This document shows positions 24,655 through 33,039 of a DNA stretch of 33,039 bases, piece after piece. Location of the stretch: assembly GCA_003565195.1 (NCBI GenBank), contig PXCX01000138.1, positions 1-33,039 of the forward strand, written 5' to 3'. The translations under genes were made by a program, and so were the position numbers. The stretch's first letter is position 1. Every line of letters starts with the position of its first letter. The notes beneath the pieces are model-generated. The model saw only the letters and a list, made by a program, of their open reading frames with translations, did no database searches and was not told the origin of the DNA. The stretch comes from PVC group bacterium (lineage in GTDB: Bacteria > Verrucomicrobiota > Kiritimatiellia > CAIKKV01 > PXCX01).

Positions 24655-27600
24655 TTACTTGCGACGTTCCTCATGCAGCATTACCGCACCCTCGCGCAAC
24701 GCCTCGGCGCTCAACCTAACCTCGCCGATCCCGGGCAGCGACACAATACACGGTACATTCGCGCGCACGGCGTACACGCCGGGTTCCACGCGTGCCACAT
24801 GCACGAAGGTGGGCACCTCGAAGATGTCGTCGGGCCCGAAATGGTAGGCGTACAACTTGCGATTGCCATGATCGTCCGCCGTGAACAGCGCATCCGCGAC
24901 CGGCTCGTTGCCTTCGAGAAGCCACGAGAATGTGGTGCCCGGATAGGATGCCAGCCAGCGTTTCGAACCGTCTTCGTTGACGATCTCGCGCCTGACGAAC
25001 TGCCAGCCGCCGGCCTGGTATTCGGGGTTTTCGGGCATACGGAAATAAAACAGATTGTTTTCGGGGTCAACGCGGGTAACTTCCATTTCAAGCAATACGT
25101 CGCCGGCCGTCACGCCCGTTGCGCGTGTGTCCCGTTCGTCCGTCAACAGCCTGAGCGTGCGCCGTCCATCACCGTCGGCATCGGGTACATCGTCCCATTC
25201 CACTGTGTCGGGATATGACAATTCGGTTCCCGGCCAGCCCAGATACATCCAGCGTTCACGCGGTTCGAGGGTCGCCTTCCAATAGCGGTCATGATCCTCG
25301 TTGGTGACCGTGGTCCCGTCGGCGTGCCGGGTATCGGATCCGTAAACCATGGGCTCCAATTCGGTGGCCACCAGTCGGTTTTCGGCATCGACGAATTCGA
25401 TGTTGGATTGATAATAGCGCGGGGTTCTCAATACGCGGGCGTTTGTCCCGGAGACCCGATCGAGTTCGAAAGCGCTCCAATGGCGTTCGTTGCCGATCCG
25501 CGCCAGGGCGCCGTCAAGCAGACCCTCGGGCATCGGGTCGGAAAGTGTCAGGCCATGATTACGCCAGTCCGCCGCAGTAATGCGGGCGGTGTGAACGCCG
25601 CGTTCGGCGCTGACCCGGATATCGTCGCGTTCGATTTCGGTCCCGCCGACCAAGTGCAGCAGACGCAGTCCCTGGGCATCCTCGCTGAGCAAGGCGTATT
25701 CGCCGTTGACGCGCAGTCCACCTTCAACCTGATGGATGATTTCCGGTCGCCGCGAAGCGAACAGCAGGTCGCGCCGGTCATTGTCCATCTCAACTTCCAG
25801 GGCGACACCGCGCCGGGCGTCGTCCGGGTCCGCGGGTTCGACCTTCAATTCACGCTGCGCACCCATAAACGGTTGACCGGACCAGGCTTCGTAGAGCGCC
25901 GGATATACGGAAACACGGCCTTCGTCCGCCTGGCGTCCCTGCACGTGCAGGTAGGGCATGGCCACCGGATAGGCATCGGATTGCGCGCTACCGACCATGA
26001 CATGATCGTTCTCACGTCCGAACAGGTGCAACGTCAGGCCGACCGGTTGATCGGGTTTGAAAAAATCGCGCTGATAATGGCGCCGCATGTCTTCGTCCAG
26101 TTCCCAGGTGGCCCTCAGGTAATCGCCGGCCCGCCCTTCCTGGCGTGAAGCCTCAGGGCGAGCGGCCATGTAGGCCATCGCGGTATCGCTGCTGGCCGGT
26201 TCCAGGGATACGTTGGTGTCCAGTCGGTTCTCGTCGGCGGTCGGCGCCCCGTGAAAACAATAGGTATGCACCCGGCCGCCGGCCACCCGGAACACATCGA
26301 AAAGATAGACATCGGCGTGTTCAGGGCCGGTATCGCCGTCGATCATGGCCGTGGCGCGATGATATAGCGACACCTCGGGATGCGAGGTGGCGCGCGCCGC
26401 CGCTGCCGCGTAATGGGATCCCGGCAAAGCGGCCAGCGCCGTCGGCCAGCCGGTGGCGGAGACGGTGGAACCGGGAAACGAATTCTCGAAATTGCGTTCA
26501 TCGATTTCGACCAGGTTATGCATGCGATTGATGCGCATGTTCGGCGTGGCGCGCAGGTTGCCTTCGTGTCGTCCGCCGAGATCGGGCGCCAGACGGGTAC
26601 CATGCGCGAACATTTCGAGGTTCAATGTGTCCTGGTGCGCGTGTCCGCGGCCGATCCCGGTCCGGATGGCGACAGCGCGTTTAACCAACGGGTTCGTGTC
26701 CGTTTGCCCGGATTCGAGCACGATGGCGCCGAACCCTTCCACGTAACGCGACGGGAAGGAGGGGATGTCGGGCAACCGGGGGCGGCGCAAATCCATGCTG
26801 TCTCCGATGATGAACGGGAATCCGCCGGCGGCATGCAGTTTCTGTTTGGTGAGCTCGGCCTCGGGCATGTGCGGATACAACTCGGGGTTATTCATATCGA
26901 AGCGCCGATCGCCGCCCGCGGCGACGTAACGGCCCAAAATCCCGGCAATCTCGCTCAGCGCAGGGCCCACGTAACCGGTGGCGCCGACATAATGAACGCC
27001 GCCACGATTGAACGAGGTGAACACTTGATCGTCCAGCCCGCCGGCATCAGCCATATTGTAATGAACGCGTTTGAACAACCCGTTTTCGAGCATTGCATGG
27101 CTGACTTGGTTAACGCCCTGGACCAGAGGGATGAAGGCCGACACCGGATCGCTACGCATTACCCGGCGGTTCAGGCAATCCATGCCGTGTTGCAGGATAT
27201 GGGTGTCAAGCAACTCGATTACATCGGCGGGCGTTTTAACCCAGGGTATGCGAGTGTTGACATAATCGGCCAGATCCTGGTTATCCTTGATGGCGTCGAA
27301 CAACCGGTCATAGGCCGTGGCAAGTTCCTTCAGACGGCCGGGTTCATGTCCGCTATACACGGTCTTGCCGCCGCGTGATCCCCAGATCAGGGTGTTTTCC
27401 CGGTTAAAATTCGCGTGCCCGCTGACTTCACTGTAGTAATGATCCAGCCCCGGATATTTTTCGGCGATCGCACACAACATGACGGCGCCATCCCAGGCTG
27501 CCTCGAGGTTGCCGGTACGTTCGTAGGCCAGGGCCACATCATTCACGCCGCCGCGTCCATGGGCGCCCATGATACCGCGCCAACCCCGGAACAAGGGGTC

Positions 27601-28356
27601 GGCGGTCATCAAATTCAGTGGCGGAGCCGAATCCCAGATTTGGTCGGCCCGTTCGCGTCGCTGCTCGATCGTGCGTTCGGGCGGCAACCGGTGTCGTCCC
27701 GGATCGTCGCGCAACGCCGCCAGTTCCTCGTCACTGGTTAACATACGTTGTGTCTTGGCGGCGACCCGTGCCGTTCCACCGAGGGTATCCCGGATTTCGA
27801 AACGCTGAAACAACAAGCTATGTTCGCTACGTTCGTTGAGCCCGATCTCAATCCGGCAAGGCCCCGGAACATGCAGCGGGAAATACAGGCTGCCAACCAC
27901 CGCGTAATCTGTGCGAAAAGCAATCGGCATATACCATTCCTGGCTGTCGCCGGCGGCGGGGGTTATCTTCAAGCTCAAATACACCGGTTTTCGCGGCGTA
28001 CGGATCGTCACCGTGCCGCCGGGCAAATCGAATTCCTGCTCGCGATCATCGCCCTCCAGTAGCACCATCTCGTCCTCGAGCGCGCGGGCAATGGCCCAGA
28101 CCGCATACACGCTGCGCGGTAACTCGACGCTAAACCCCAGCGTCTCTCCGGGACGCAGCAAGACGGCATCCCCGCCTCGGCCACCATCGGCTTGCGCGTC
28201 AGCCCGCACATCGCGTGCCCCGGCACCGTCAGGAGCCGCAAGCTCTTGCACCAGAGGCCAGGGCTGCTGAGCCCGCACCTGCGTGTCCCACCATGCCCGC
28301 GCCGAAGATGTGACCGTTAAAAGAGTGACCAGTGCGAAAAAACATTTCTTATTCAT
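24655..28356 (-). CDS. secreted heparinase II/III-like (polysaccharide-lyase-like) multidomain protein
   Basis: Signal peptide MNKKCFFALVTLLTVTSSARA. Central GRGHAHQDTLNLEMFAHGTRLAPDLGG (nt ~26560-26640) matches the Heparinase II/III-like C-terminal-domain signature (GHxHxD...D.G). At 1233 aa it has extra N- and C-terminal beta-rich regions. Confidence 0.8.
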   Translation of the reverse strand: MNKKCFFALVTLLTVTSSARAWWDTQVRAQQPWPLVQELAAPDGAGARDVRADAQADGGRGGDAVLLRPGETLGFSVELPRSVYAVWAIARALEDEMVLLEGDDREQEFDLPGGTVTIRTPRKPVYLSLKITPAAGDSQEWYMPIAFRTDYAVVGSLYFPLHVPGPCRIEIGLNERSEHSLLFQRFEIRDTLGGTARVAAKTQRMLTSDEELAALRDDPGRHRLPPERTIEQRRERADQIWDSAPPLNLMTADPLFRGWRGIMGAHGRGGVNDVALAYERTGNLEAAWDGAVMLCAIAEKYPGLDHYYSEVSGHANFNRENTLIWGSRGGKTVYSGHEPGRLKELATAYDRLFDAIKDNQDLADYVNTRIPWVKTPADVIELLDTHILQHGMDCLNRRVMRSDPVSAFIPLVQGVNQVSHAMLENGLFKRVHYNMADAGGLDDQVFTSFNRGGVHYVGATGYVGPALSEIAGILGRYVAAGGDRRFDMNNPELYPHMPEAELTKQKLHAAGGFPFIIGDSMDLRRPRLPDIPSFPSRYVEGFGAIVLESGQTDTNPLVKRAVAIRTGIGRGHAHQDTLNLEMFAHGTRLAPDLGGRHEGNLRATPNMRINRMHNLVEIDERNFENSFPGSTVSATGWPTALAALPGSHYAAAAARATSHPEVSLYHRATAMIDGDTGPEHADVYLFDVFRVAGGRVHTYCFHGAPTADENRLDTNVSLEPASSDTAMAYMAARPEASRQEGRAGDYLRATWELDEDMRRHYQRDFFKPDQPVGLTLHLFGRENDHVMVGSAQSDAYPVAMPYLHVQGRQADEGRVSVYPALYEAWSGQPFMGAQRELKVEPADPDDARRGVALEVEMDNDRRDLLFASRRPEIIHQVEGGLRVNGEYALLSEDAQGLRLLHLVGGTEIERDDIRVSAERGVHTARITAADWRNHGLTLSDPMPEGLLDGALARIGNERHWSAFELDRVSGTNARVLRTPRYYQSNIEFVDAENRLVATELEPMVYGSDTRHADGTTVTNEDHDRYWKATLEPRERWMYLGWPGTELSYPDTVEWDDVPDADGDGRRTLRLLTDERDTRATGVTAGDVLLEMEVTRVDPENNLFYFRMPENPEYQAGGWQFVRREIVNEDGSKRWLASYPGTTFSWLLEGNEPVADALFTADDHGNRKLYAYHFGPDDIFEVPTFVHVARVEPGVYAVRANVPCIVSLPGIGEVRLSAEALREGAVMLHEERRK

Positions 28357-28441
28357 AATTGGGGTCTTTCGTTACTAATTTGGATGCCGAGAAAACCTGA
28401 CGCGTGATCGATTAATTGAGTGGTCTGCAAAATGCCTCGAG

Positions 28442-28470
28442 CTTATAATTATATCAAGAAAGGGTTGCAA
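28442..28470 (-). promoter_or_regulatory. possible sigma70-like promoter for the lyase-like gene and downstream ABC cluster
   Basis: On the minus strand: TTGCAA (+ coordinates 28465-28470), 17-nt spacer, TATAAG (28442-28447), ~86 nt upstream of the ATG at 28356. It sits in an AT-richer 198-nt intergenic region. Confidence 0.35.
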
Positions 28471-28473
28471 GAA

Positions 28474-28516
28474 CAAAACTGAAGTTTTGCCGTCACGCCG
28501 CTACGCAGCGCCGTGA
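28474..28516 (-). terminator. possible weak intrinsic terminator after the beta-propeller gene
   Basis: The minus-strand RNA could form a 9-bp GC-rich hairpin with one mismatch (28493-28516), then a perfect 6-bp AU-rich hairpin CAAAAC-UUCA-GUUUUG (28474-28489), followed by U-rich UUCUUG. There is no clean U-tract directly after the GC stem. Confidence 0.25.
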
Positions 28517-28554
28517 ATGGTGGTTGAATTTTTGATAGTCAAAGTTAATGCGCC

Positions 28555-30045
28555 CTAATCCGTGCCGTAACCGTAAATTGTAGCCTTGCGCGGATAGAAA
28601 CGAATGCGTAATACATGCCCCGGATCGGCTTTGCCGTTGTGATGTCCCGTGCCCGGCAACACGGTTTCGCCGGGATTCCGACCGTCGCCTTCCCAACGGA
28701 CGGTAAACCGGCCGGGAAGACCGGTAGGCTCAAGCCGGGAATGCATCATTTCGTAGCCGGGAAGCAAACGGTCGTAGCAATCGAACACTTCGGCCCGCAG
28801 GCAGCCGCCGGTTGCAATATCCGCAACTACCTTCAGCTCGGATCTGCCGTACACGGTCACCCAGGGCGTTGTCAATTCGCCGCTGATTTCCGCTTGCCAG
28901 CCGGCGTATTGTTGGCGTGGCAGCGAATATATCCCGAATCCGCGCTCGGCTTTGCCGGTACGCGGATCGGTATGCTGGCATGACTGGCGCGGATCGAGCC
29001 GGTTATTGCCGTGACCGCCGGTCGACGTTCCGGCATATAACAACACATCGTTTTCACGGGCGATCATGGCCGTCACCCAGTTGCCGTGTTCGTCCGGGGC
29101 GCCCGGAGCGCCCGGTGGAATCAGCAAGGTTCCCGGCGCCACGCGTGTAAACTGGTTGCCGTCGGACGAAACCGCCAGCTCATTGAATATCGGGCAATAA
29201 TCCGGATTGTTATGCATGATCCACAAGGCACCGATATGGATCCCATCGACCTTTTCCGTAGCAAGCCCGTAGAATTCGGTATCGTAACAATCCTGGTCAT
29301 TCGGCGCCAGCATCATTTCGGGCAGACTCCAGGATTCGAAATCGCGACTGCGGGCCAGACCGATGAAACGTCGTTTGGGTCCGCATCGCGGGCGTACATA
29401 CGCTCTCCAGGAACCGTCGCACGGATCACGGTAACGCGAAAGAATGTTGCAATCCGTTACGTCCAAAGTGCTTGCCACCTGACGAGGTGTTGCCCAGCGC
29501 AACCCGTCCGGTGAAAACATAACATAAATGCCCATGGCCCGGGAACGTGCCGCGGCATCCCAATCCGGATCCGGATTTATCGCCCCGCTGAAACCAAAAG
29601 CTTTGAATCTCCTATTCGGATTCGGGTCGTCCCCATCCTTGACGATATTCCAAAACACACTATCGCCGGCGCAGATATCGGTAATGATGTTGTTGCGTCG
29701 ATTCCCCTGGAACTCGAACAAATCCAATTGCGGGCGTTCCCAGCGGATACCGTCAGCGCTCTCGGCATAGCAAAGAAACGTGCGGGGTTTCCCCGAAACA
29801 CGCTCCGTCGTATCCACATTCTGTTCATCGACGGCATCGACCCGTTCCCGAATACGGCTCCGATACCACATACGGTAACGTTTGATTTCAGCGTCATAAA
29901 AAATCCCGCACATCGGCGTGATTCCGTCTTGTTCCCATGGCACGACATCGTGGAAAGGGGAATACGCGACCGGTTTAGCCTGCGACACCACTCGACGCAT
30001 GCCGCGTACCCTATCAATCCATTGGTCTTCGATCAATAAACGCAT
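28555..30045 (-). CDS. beta-propeller glycosidase-like protein (GH32/43/130-like fold, family unassigned)
   Basis: Three SxDGxx(W/F) Asp-box-like motifs (ESADGIRWERP, FSPDGLRWATP, VSSDGNQFTRV) and repeated W/Y-rich blade-like segments. I set the start at the ATG at 30045 (AAAGGA 7 nt upstream). The ORF-track start at 30231 would overlap the upstream gene by 52 nt. Confidence 0.65.
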   Translation of the reverse strand: MRLLIEDQWIDRVRGMRRVVSQAKPVAYSPFHDVVPWEQDGITPMCGIFYDAEIKRYRMWYRSRIRERVDAVDEQNVDTTERVSGKPRTFLCYAESADGIRWERPQLDLFEFQGNRRNNIITDICAGDSVFWNIVKDGDDPNPNRRFKAFGFSGAINPDPDWDAAARSRAMGIYVMFSPDGLRWATPRQVASTLDVTDCNILSRYRDPCDGSWRAYVRPRCGPKRRFIGLARSRDFESWSLPEMMLAPNDQDCYDTEFYGLATEKVDGIHIGALWIMHNNPDYCPIFNELAVSSDGNQFTRVAPGTLLIPPGAPGAPDEHGNWVTAMIARENDVLLYAGTSTGGHGNNRLDPRQSCQHTDPRTGKAERGFGIYSLPRQQYAGWQAEISGELTTPWVTVYGRSELKVVADIATGGCLRAEVFDCYDRLLPGYEMMHSRLEPTGLPGRFTVRWEGDGRNPGETVLPGTGHHNGKADPGHVLRIRFYPRKATIYGYGTD

Positions 30046-30179
30046 TTTGTAATCCTTTGCGAAGCCCCTGGTTTCGCGGCGAACAGTCAACCCCAATCCT
30101 GACACCGGACCCCCTTGCGTCCCTTCTTTACACGTCTTAGACTCCATTCCTTGCGCATGCCACGGCTTATCAGCCGCAG

Positions 30180-31238
30180 CTACGTTGCGCGTTCGTTTTC
30201 CAGTCGATATGTCGTTGGCCAGGATTGACAAGGTAATCCGCGGGTAACGGTCAGTCTTCCGCGGGTCGGTTCGCCGATCACCACCGCCGCGCTGACGGCA
30301 CGCTCCGACTGATGGCGGCAGATCGACCGCGGGTATCCGTCATGATCGGCCATGGCGCGATAACAGATCTGGGGTGTAATCCGACCGTGCTCGGGGTCAA
30401 GCTGGGCATACATCCGGGCGGTCCGATGCATCGAGTCGGGTCGCAAGAAATCGCGGTCTGCACGTTCCAGCGCCAGCACATCGCGATCGCCGGATTCGAT
30501 CGCGTTGGCGTGGGCATAGATTCCGTGGCGCGGTTCGAGAAAATTGGCCTTCCCGCCGCCGTATTCGATACCGACAATGCCGCCGGCTTCGTCGGCAACC
30601 GTCACGTGCGCGTACTGATCGATTCCGTGATCGCGGGTCAATTGCATCACGTCCTCGACCGACGGGCAGTGGAGCGCCAGAATACCCCAGATCGCGTATG
30701 GAAGCCCCGATTCCCGGCTATTCAAATACAGCGAATTACGATAAATACTGACACCGCCGCGCACGAATCCGTGTCCGAAAAGCCATCCCGGGTAGGTCAG
30801 AGTCAGGGCCGAAGGCGCATCCTTGATTTCCATACGCAAGACAATCAATTCGTGACCACGAGCCACGCTGACATCCTTGCTTTGGCCCGAGATGGGAATC
30901 CCGTCAAGGGTAACGGCGGGCGCAACGGCAAACGATGTGCATCCGCCTTTTTCAGACGGTAACCGTGTCCCAATCCGATCCTCGGCGATCCCGGCGCCTT
31001 CGGCCAAGCCGCAATACAGATCGGGCAAATGCGGTGCCAGACGTTCAATCAGCTTCCTGAATTTTGAATCCCGCCACCATGGCCGATCCCGCGAATCATA
31101 GCGGTCGGCGTTTATGGTCAACGTTGTTTTCCAAGCGCCCCCAAGTTGCCGACCGCATTCCCGGACGGTTCCCCGACACGAAAAAAATGGTATCGGCAGA
31201 TCGGGATAAAAACGTCGATCCCTCCTGTTGGAATTCAC
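30180..31238 (-). CDS. peptidase C45 / acyl-CoA:6-aminopenicillanic-acid acyltransferase-like Ntn hydrolase
   Basis: The GGCTSFAV motif carries the candidate N-terminal-nucleophile Cys at about residue 100 (the 99th or 100th) after a ~100-aa propeptide-like region. About 350 aa, typical of the family. GTG start at 31238 with GGAGG 5 nt upstream. Confidence 0.75.
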   Translation of the reverse strand: MNSNRRDRRFYPDLPIPFFSCRGTVRECGRQLGGAWKTTLTINADRYDSRDRPWWRDSKFRKLIERLAPHLPDLYCGLAEGAGIAEDRIGTRLPSEKGGCTSFAVAPAVTLDGIPISGQSKDVSVARGHELIVLRMEIKDAPSALTLTYPGWLFGHGFVRGGVSIYRNSLYLNSRESGLPYAIWGILALHCPSVEDVMQLTRDHGIDQYAHVTVADEAGGIVGIEYGGGKANFLEPRHGIYAHANAIESGDRDVLALERADRDFLRPDSMHRTARMYAQLDPEHGRITPQICYRAMADHDGYPRSICRHQSERAVSAAVVIGEPTRGRLTVTRGLPCQSWPTTYRLENERAT

Positions 31239-31319
31239 TTGTTCCTCCCTGCGGTTCCTGAGTCCATTGTCTGTAATCTATGGTCCACGGTCTGCGGCTT
31301 TGCCGCCTTGACTCTTTCG

Positions 31320-32666
31320 TCATGGCAACCAGGCTCCATGCTCGCGCAAGCGCTGGCGCAAACGTTCCGTCTCAACCTCGCGCACATCCTGAAGTTCGTC
31401 CGCCACGGCCATGGCGGCGGCCAGTCCAGCGGCTTCGCCGGTGCATAGACAAACCGGCATGACCCGTACGCTGCCGTTGACCCGGCGCTCGGATGCTATC
31501 GGACGTCCCGCCACCAGCACATTTTGCAGCGCTTTGGGGATCAGACAACGGTAGGGAATTCCGTGCGATTCGCCCGGCTTATAAAAATGGGACTGCTTGC
31601 TGCACGACGGATCTTCCGCCTCTTGAGCGGCGCGATCGTCAAGCTTGGCATGAACATCGATAAAATAGGCATTCCGGCAAATCTCGTCCGGAAAATCGCG
31701 CCGTGCCATGTAGTCGTCGTCCGTCAAATCGTATTCGCCCACGATCCGGCGGGTTTCGCGGACACCCATCAAAGCGCCGGTGTTCACCAAAAAGGCATTG
31801 CCGAAAATCTCCGGCATATATTCCGCTAACGCGTCCCGGTATTGTTGCGCCGCACGCCGTCCGGTTACCATGGCATTGGACAACGCGACCGGATCGGTCG
31901 CATCCAAATCATACACATGTCCCGCATTGAATCCAACGCAATCAGGCCCCGGCTGATTGTTGCAGGTATGCGAATCGACGATCAAAGGATACCGTTGATC
32001 GGCAACCATGGCCTTGATCGGGCTGGTGGGATTCAGATGGAATAACTGCCGGCCAAAACGATATTGATAGGAATCGATGTTGGCCAGGGTAAAACAATGG
32101 GTGGCCGGCTGCAAGGTTCCATCGGCCGGATCGCCCTTATGACAGGGACTGCCGGCATAGGCCGTTAAATCCGCGTCGCCGGTGGCGTCGACATATATTT
32201 TCGCGCGATAAGCGCTTAAACCCGATTTGTTGGCGACAAACAGAGTATCCACCGTCCCGTCCGTTGCGGACACGGCACTCAACACGCTATGGAAAAGAAC
32301 CGTAACACCGGTTTCTCCCATCAAGTCGTCGTAAATTTGTTTCAACCCTTCCGGATCAATCGCCACCCAATCCAAACGGGATTCGGACACATGCGCGACT
32401 TGATTGCGGGAACGATCGAAGACGGTTTGGGCCAATCCCCGGTAAATAATCTTTTCACCGTCAGTGAACGGACACCAGGCGGGAACCAGACCGGCCGTTC
32501 CCATGCCGCCAAGACATCCCGAGGCTTCGAGTAAAAGCGTGCGCGCGCCTTCGCGGGCGGCCGCCGCCGCTGCCGTACAGCCGGCGGGTCCCCCGCCCGC
32601 CACGATCACATCCCAGGAATCGTCCAGGGGAAGATTGCGGTTAAACGAAACTGTTTTCAATGACAT
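31320..32666 (-). CDS. FAD-dependent oxidoreductase (FAD_oxidored / GlcNAc-PUL-type family)
   Basis: N-terminal dinucleotide-binding motif DVIVAGGGPAGCTAAAAAAREGARTLLLE and a C-terminal GEAAGLAAAMA segment. SD GAGGAGG lies 7 nt upstream of the ATG at 32666. Confidence 0.85.
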   Translation of the reverse strand: MSLKTVSFNRNLPLDDSWDVIVAGGGPAGCTAAAAAAREGARTLLLEASGCLGGMGTAGLVPAWCPFTDGEKIIYRGLAQTVFDRSRNQVAHVSESRLDWVAIDPEGLKQIYDDLMGETGVTVLFHSVLSAVSATDGTVDTLFVANKSGLSAYRAKIYVDATGDADLTAYAGSPCHKGDPADGTLQPATHCFTLANIDSYQYRFGRQLFHLNPTSPIKAMVADQRYPLIVDSHTCNNQPGPDCVGFNAGHVYDLDATDPVALSNAMVTGRRAAQQYRDALAEYMPEIFGNAFLVNTGALMGVRETRRIVGEYDLTDDDYMARRDFPDEICRNAYFIDVHAKLDDRAAQEAEDPSCSKQSHFYKPGESHGIPYRCLIPKALQNVLVAGRPIASERRVNGSVRVMPVCLCTGEAAGLAAAMAVADELQDVREVETERLRQRLREHGAWLP

Positions 32667-33039
32667 GACTGTACCTCCTCGTTTTTCCCCGTACCGAACC
32701 GGAAAGAATACAATCGGGCGTTGGACATCCTGAATCTAAGGCGCACGACGCCGGGCCAATCGCTATCCGGCACAATCCGGTACCAGACCTGTTCGGGATC
32801 GGATGGCGGACGAATGGCGTAGACTGCCAGGGACTTGCCGCTCGCGGTCAAGATTTCCACCTTCATATCCATGGCGGGCGATTCCGGTCGGGTATTGAAA
32901 GGACAACAATTTATTTCCAGCGCGGACCAGCGTTCCGGTAACTTCAACGGCTGGGTCTCGACGATGCCTTCGGAACCGAGCGCATCCAGACTGACGAAAC
33001 CGTCCTCGCGTAACGTGGACAGGGCGAAGGCGCCGCCCA
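32657..33039 (-). CDS. C-terminal fragment of an unidentified protein (gene continues beyond the window)
   Basis: My translation of the minus strand stays open from 33037 down to the TGA at 32657-32659 (...GGAFALSTLREDGFVSLDALGSEGIVETQPLKLPERWSALEIN...FRFGTGKNEEVQSCH). The TTG at 32947 in the ORF track is probably internal. It overlaps the FAD-oxidoreductase start by 10 nt. No family was recognised. Confidence 0.5.
   Translation of the reverse strand, partial: GGAFALSTLREDGFVSLDALGSEGIVETQPLKLPERWSALEINCCPFNTRPESPAMDMKVEILTASGKSLAVYAIRPPSDPEQVWYRIVPDSDWPGVVRLRFRMSNARLYSFRFGTGKNEEVQSCH

Noticed and set aside
25291-27378. Plus-strand ORFs of 285 aa (25291-26148) and 332 aa (26380-27378) antisense to the lyase-like gene.
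   Set aside because: There are no motifs, start-site signals or SD sequences. The composition is typical of reverse-frame translation of a GC-rich gene, while the minus-strand frame carries a clear signal peptide and the Heparinase II/III signature.
30046-30231. An N-terminal extension of the beta-propeller ORF, with starts at 30231 or 30147.
   Set aside because: The 30231 start would overlap the C45 gene by 52 nt. The extension is low-complexity (GTQGGPVSGLGLTVRRETRG). The ATG at 30045 has a well-spaced AAAGGA. The 30147 start is not fully excluded.
1-33039. A scan for CRISPR repeats, tRNA/rRNA genes, IS elements, integrases, toxin-antitoxin pairs or known defence-system genes.
   Set aside because: I found no regularly spaced direct repeats, no tRNA-like cloverleaf candidates in the short intergenic regions, and no transposase, integrase or recognisable defence-domain proteins among the ORFs. 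A by-eye scan cannot exclude small ncRNAs.

Overview
This is a moderately GC-rich bacterial chromosomal segment with 20 recognisable protein-coding genes, two of them cut by the window edges. I recognised no rRNA, tRNA, CRISPR array, transposase, integrase or phage genes. All family calls come from motifs read by eye in the supplied translations; no searches were run.

Layout:
(i) purL, 5'-truncated.
(ii) A minus-strand operon with consensus promoter and Shine-Dalgarno (SD) sequence: GIY-YIG-like 125-aa protein -> tandem-ACT protein -> UPF0210/DUF711 protein -> Gfo/Idh/MocA oxidoreductase.
(iii) Divergently, a GH4-like glycosidase followed by two GT4-type glycosyltransferases.
(iv) A 448-aa orphan protein whose C-terminus looks like a PqqD/RRE peptide-binding domain.
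(v) Convergent on it, a ~16-kb minus-strand block headed by a 1233-aa secreted heparinase II/III-like protein, followed by a tightly coupled cluster holding two copies of the same parts list: OPT-like polytopic membrane protein + FtsX/MacB-type permease + LolD/MacB-type ATPase. One permease is a 1639-aa fusion carrying a PA-domain M28-peptidase-like ectodomain with apparently degenerate metal and catalytic residues, plus a long coiled coil.
(vi) An upstream minus-strand set: partial unknown gene, FAD-dependent oxidoreductase, C45 Ntn-hydrolase-like protein and a beta-propeller glycosidase-like protein.

The best candidate for an undescribed system is the duplicated ABC/FtsX/OPT-like envelope cluster at 12555-24582 with its giant pseudo-peptidase permease, possibly linked to the neighbouring lyase-like and RRE-like genes. 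Its function cannot be deduced from sequence alone.
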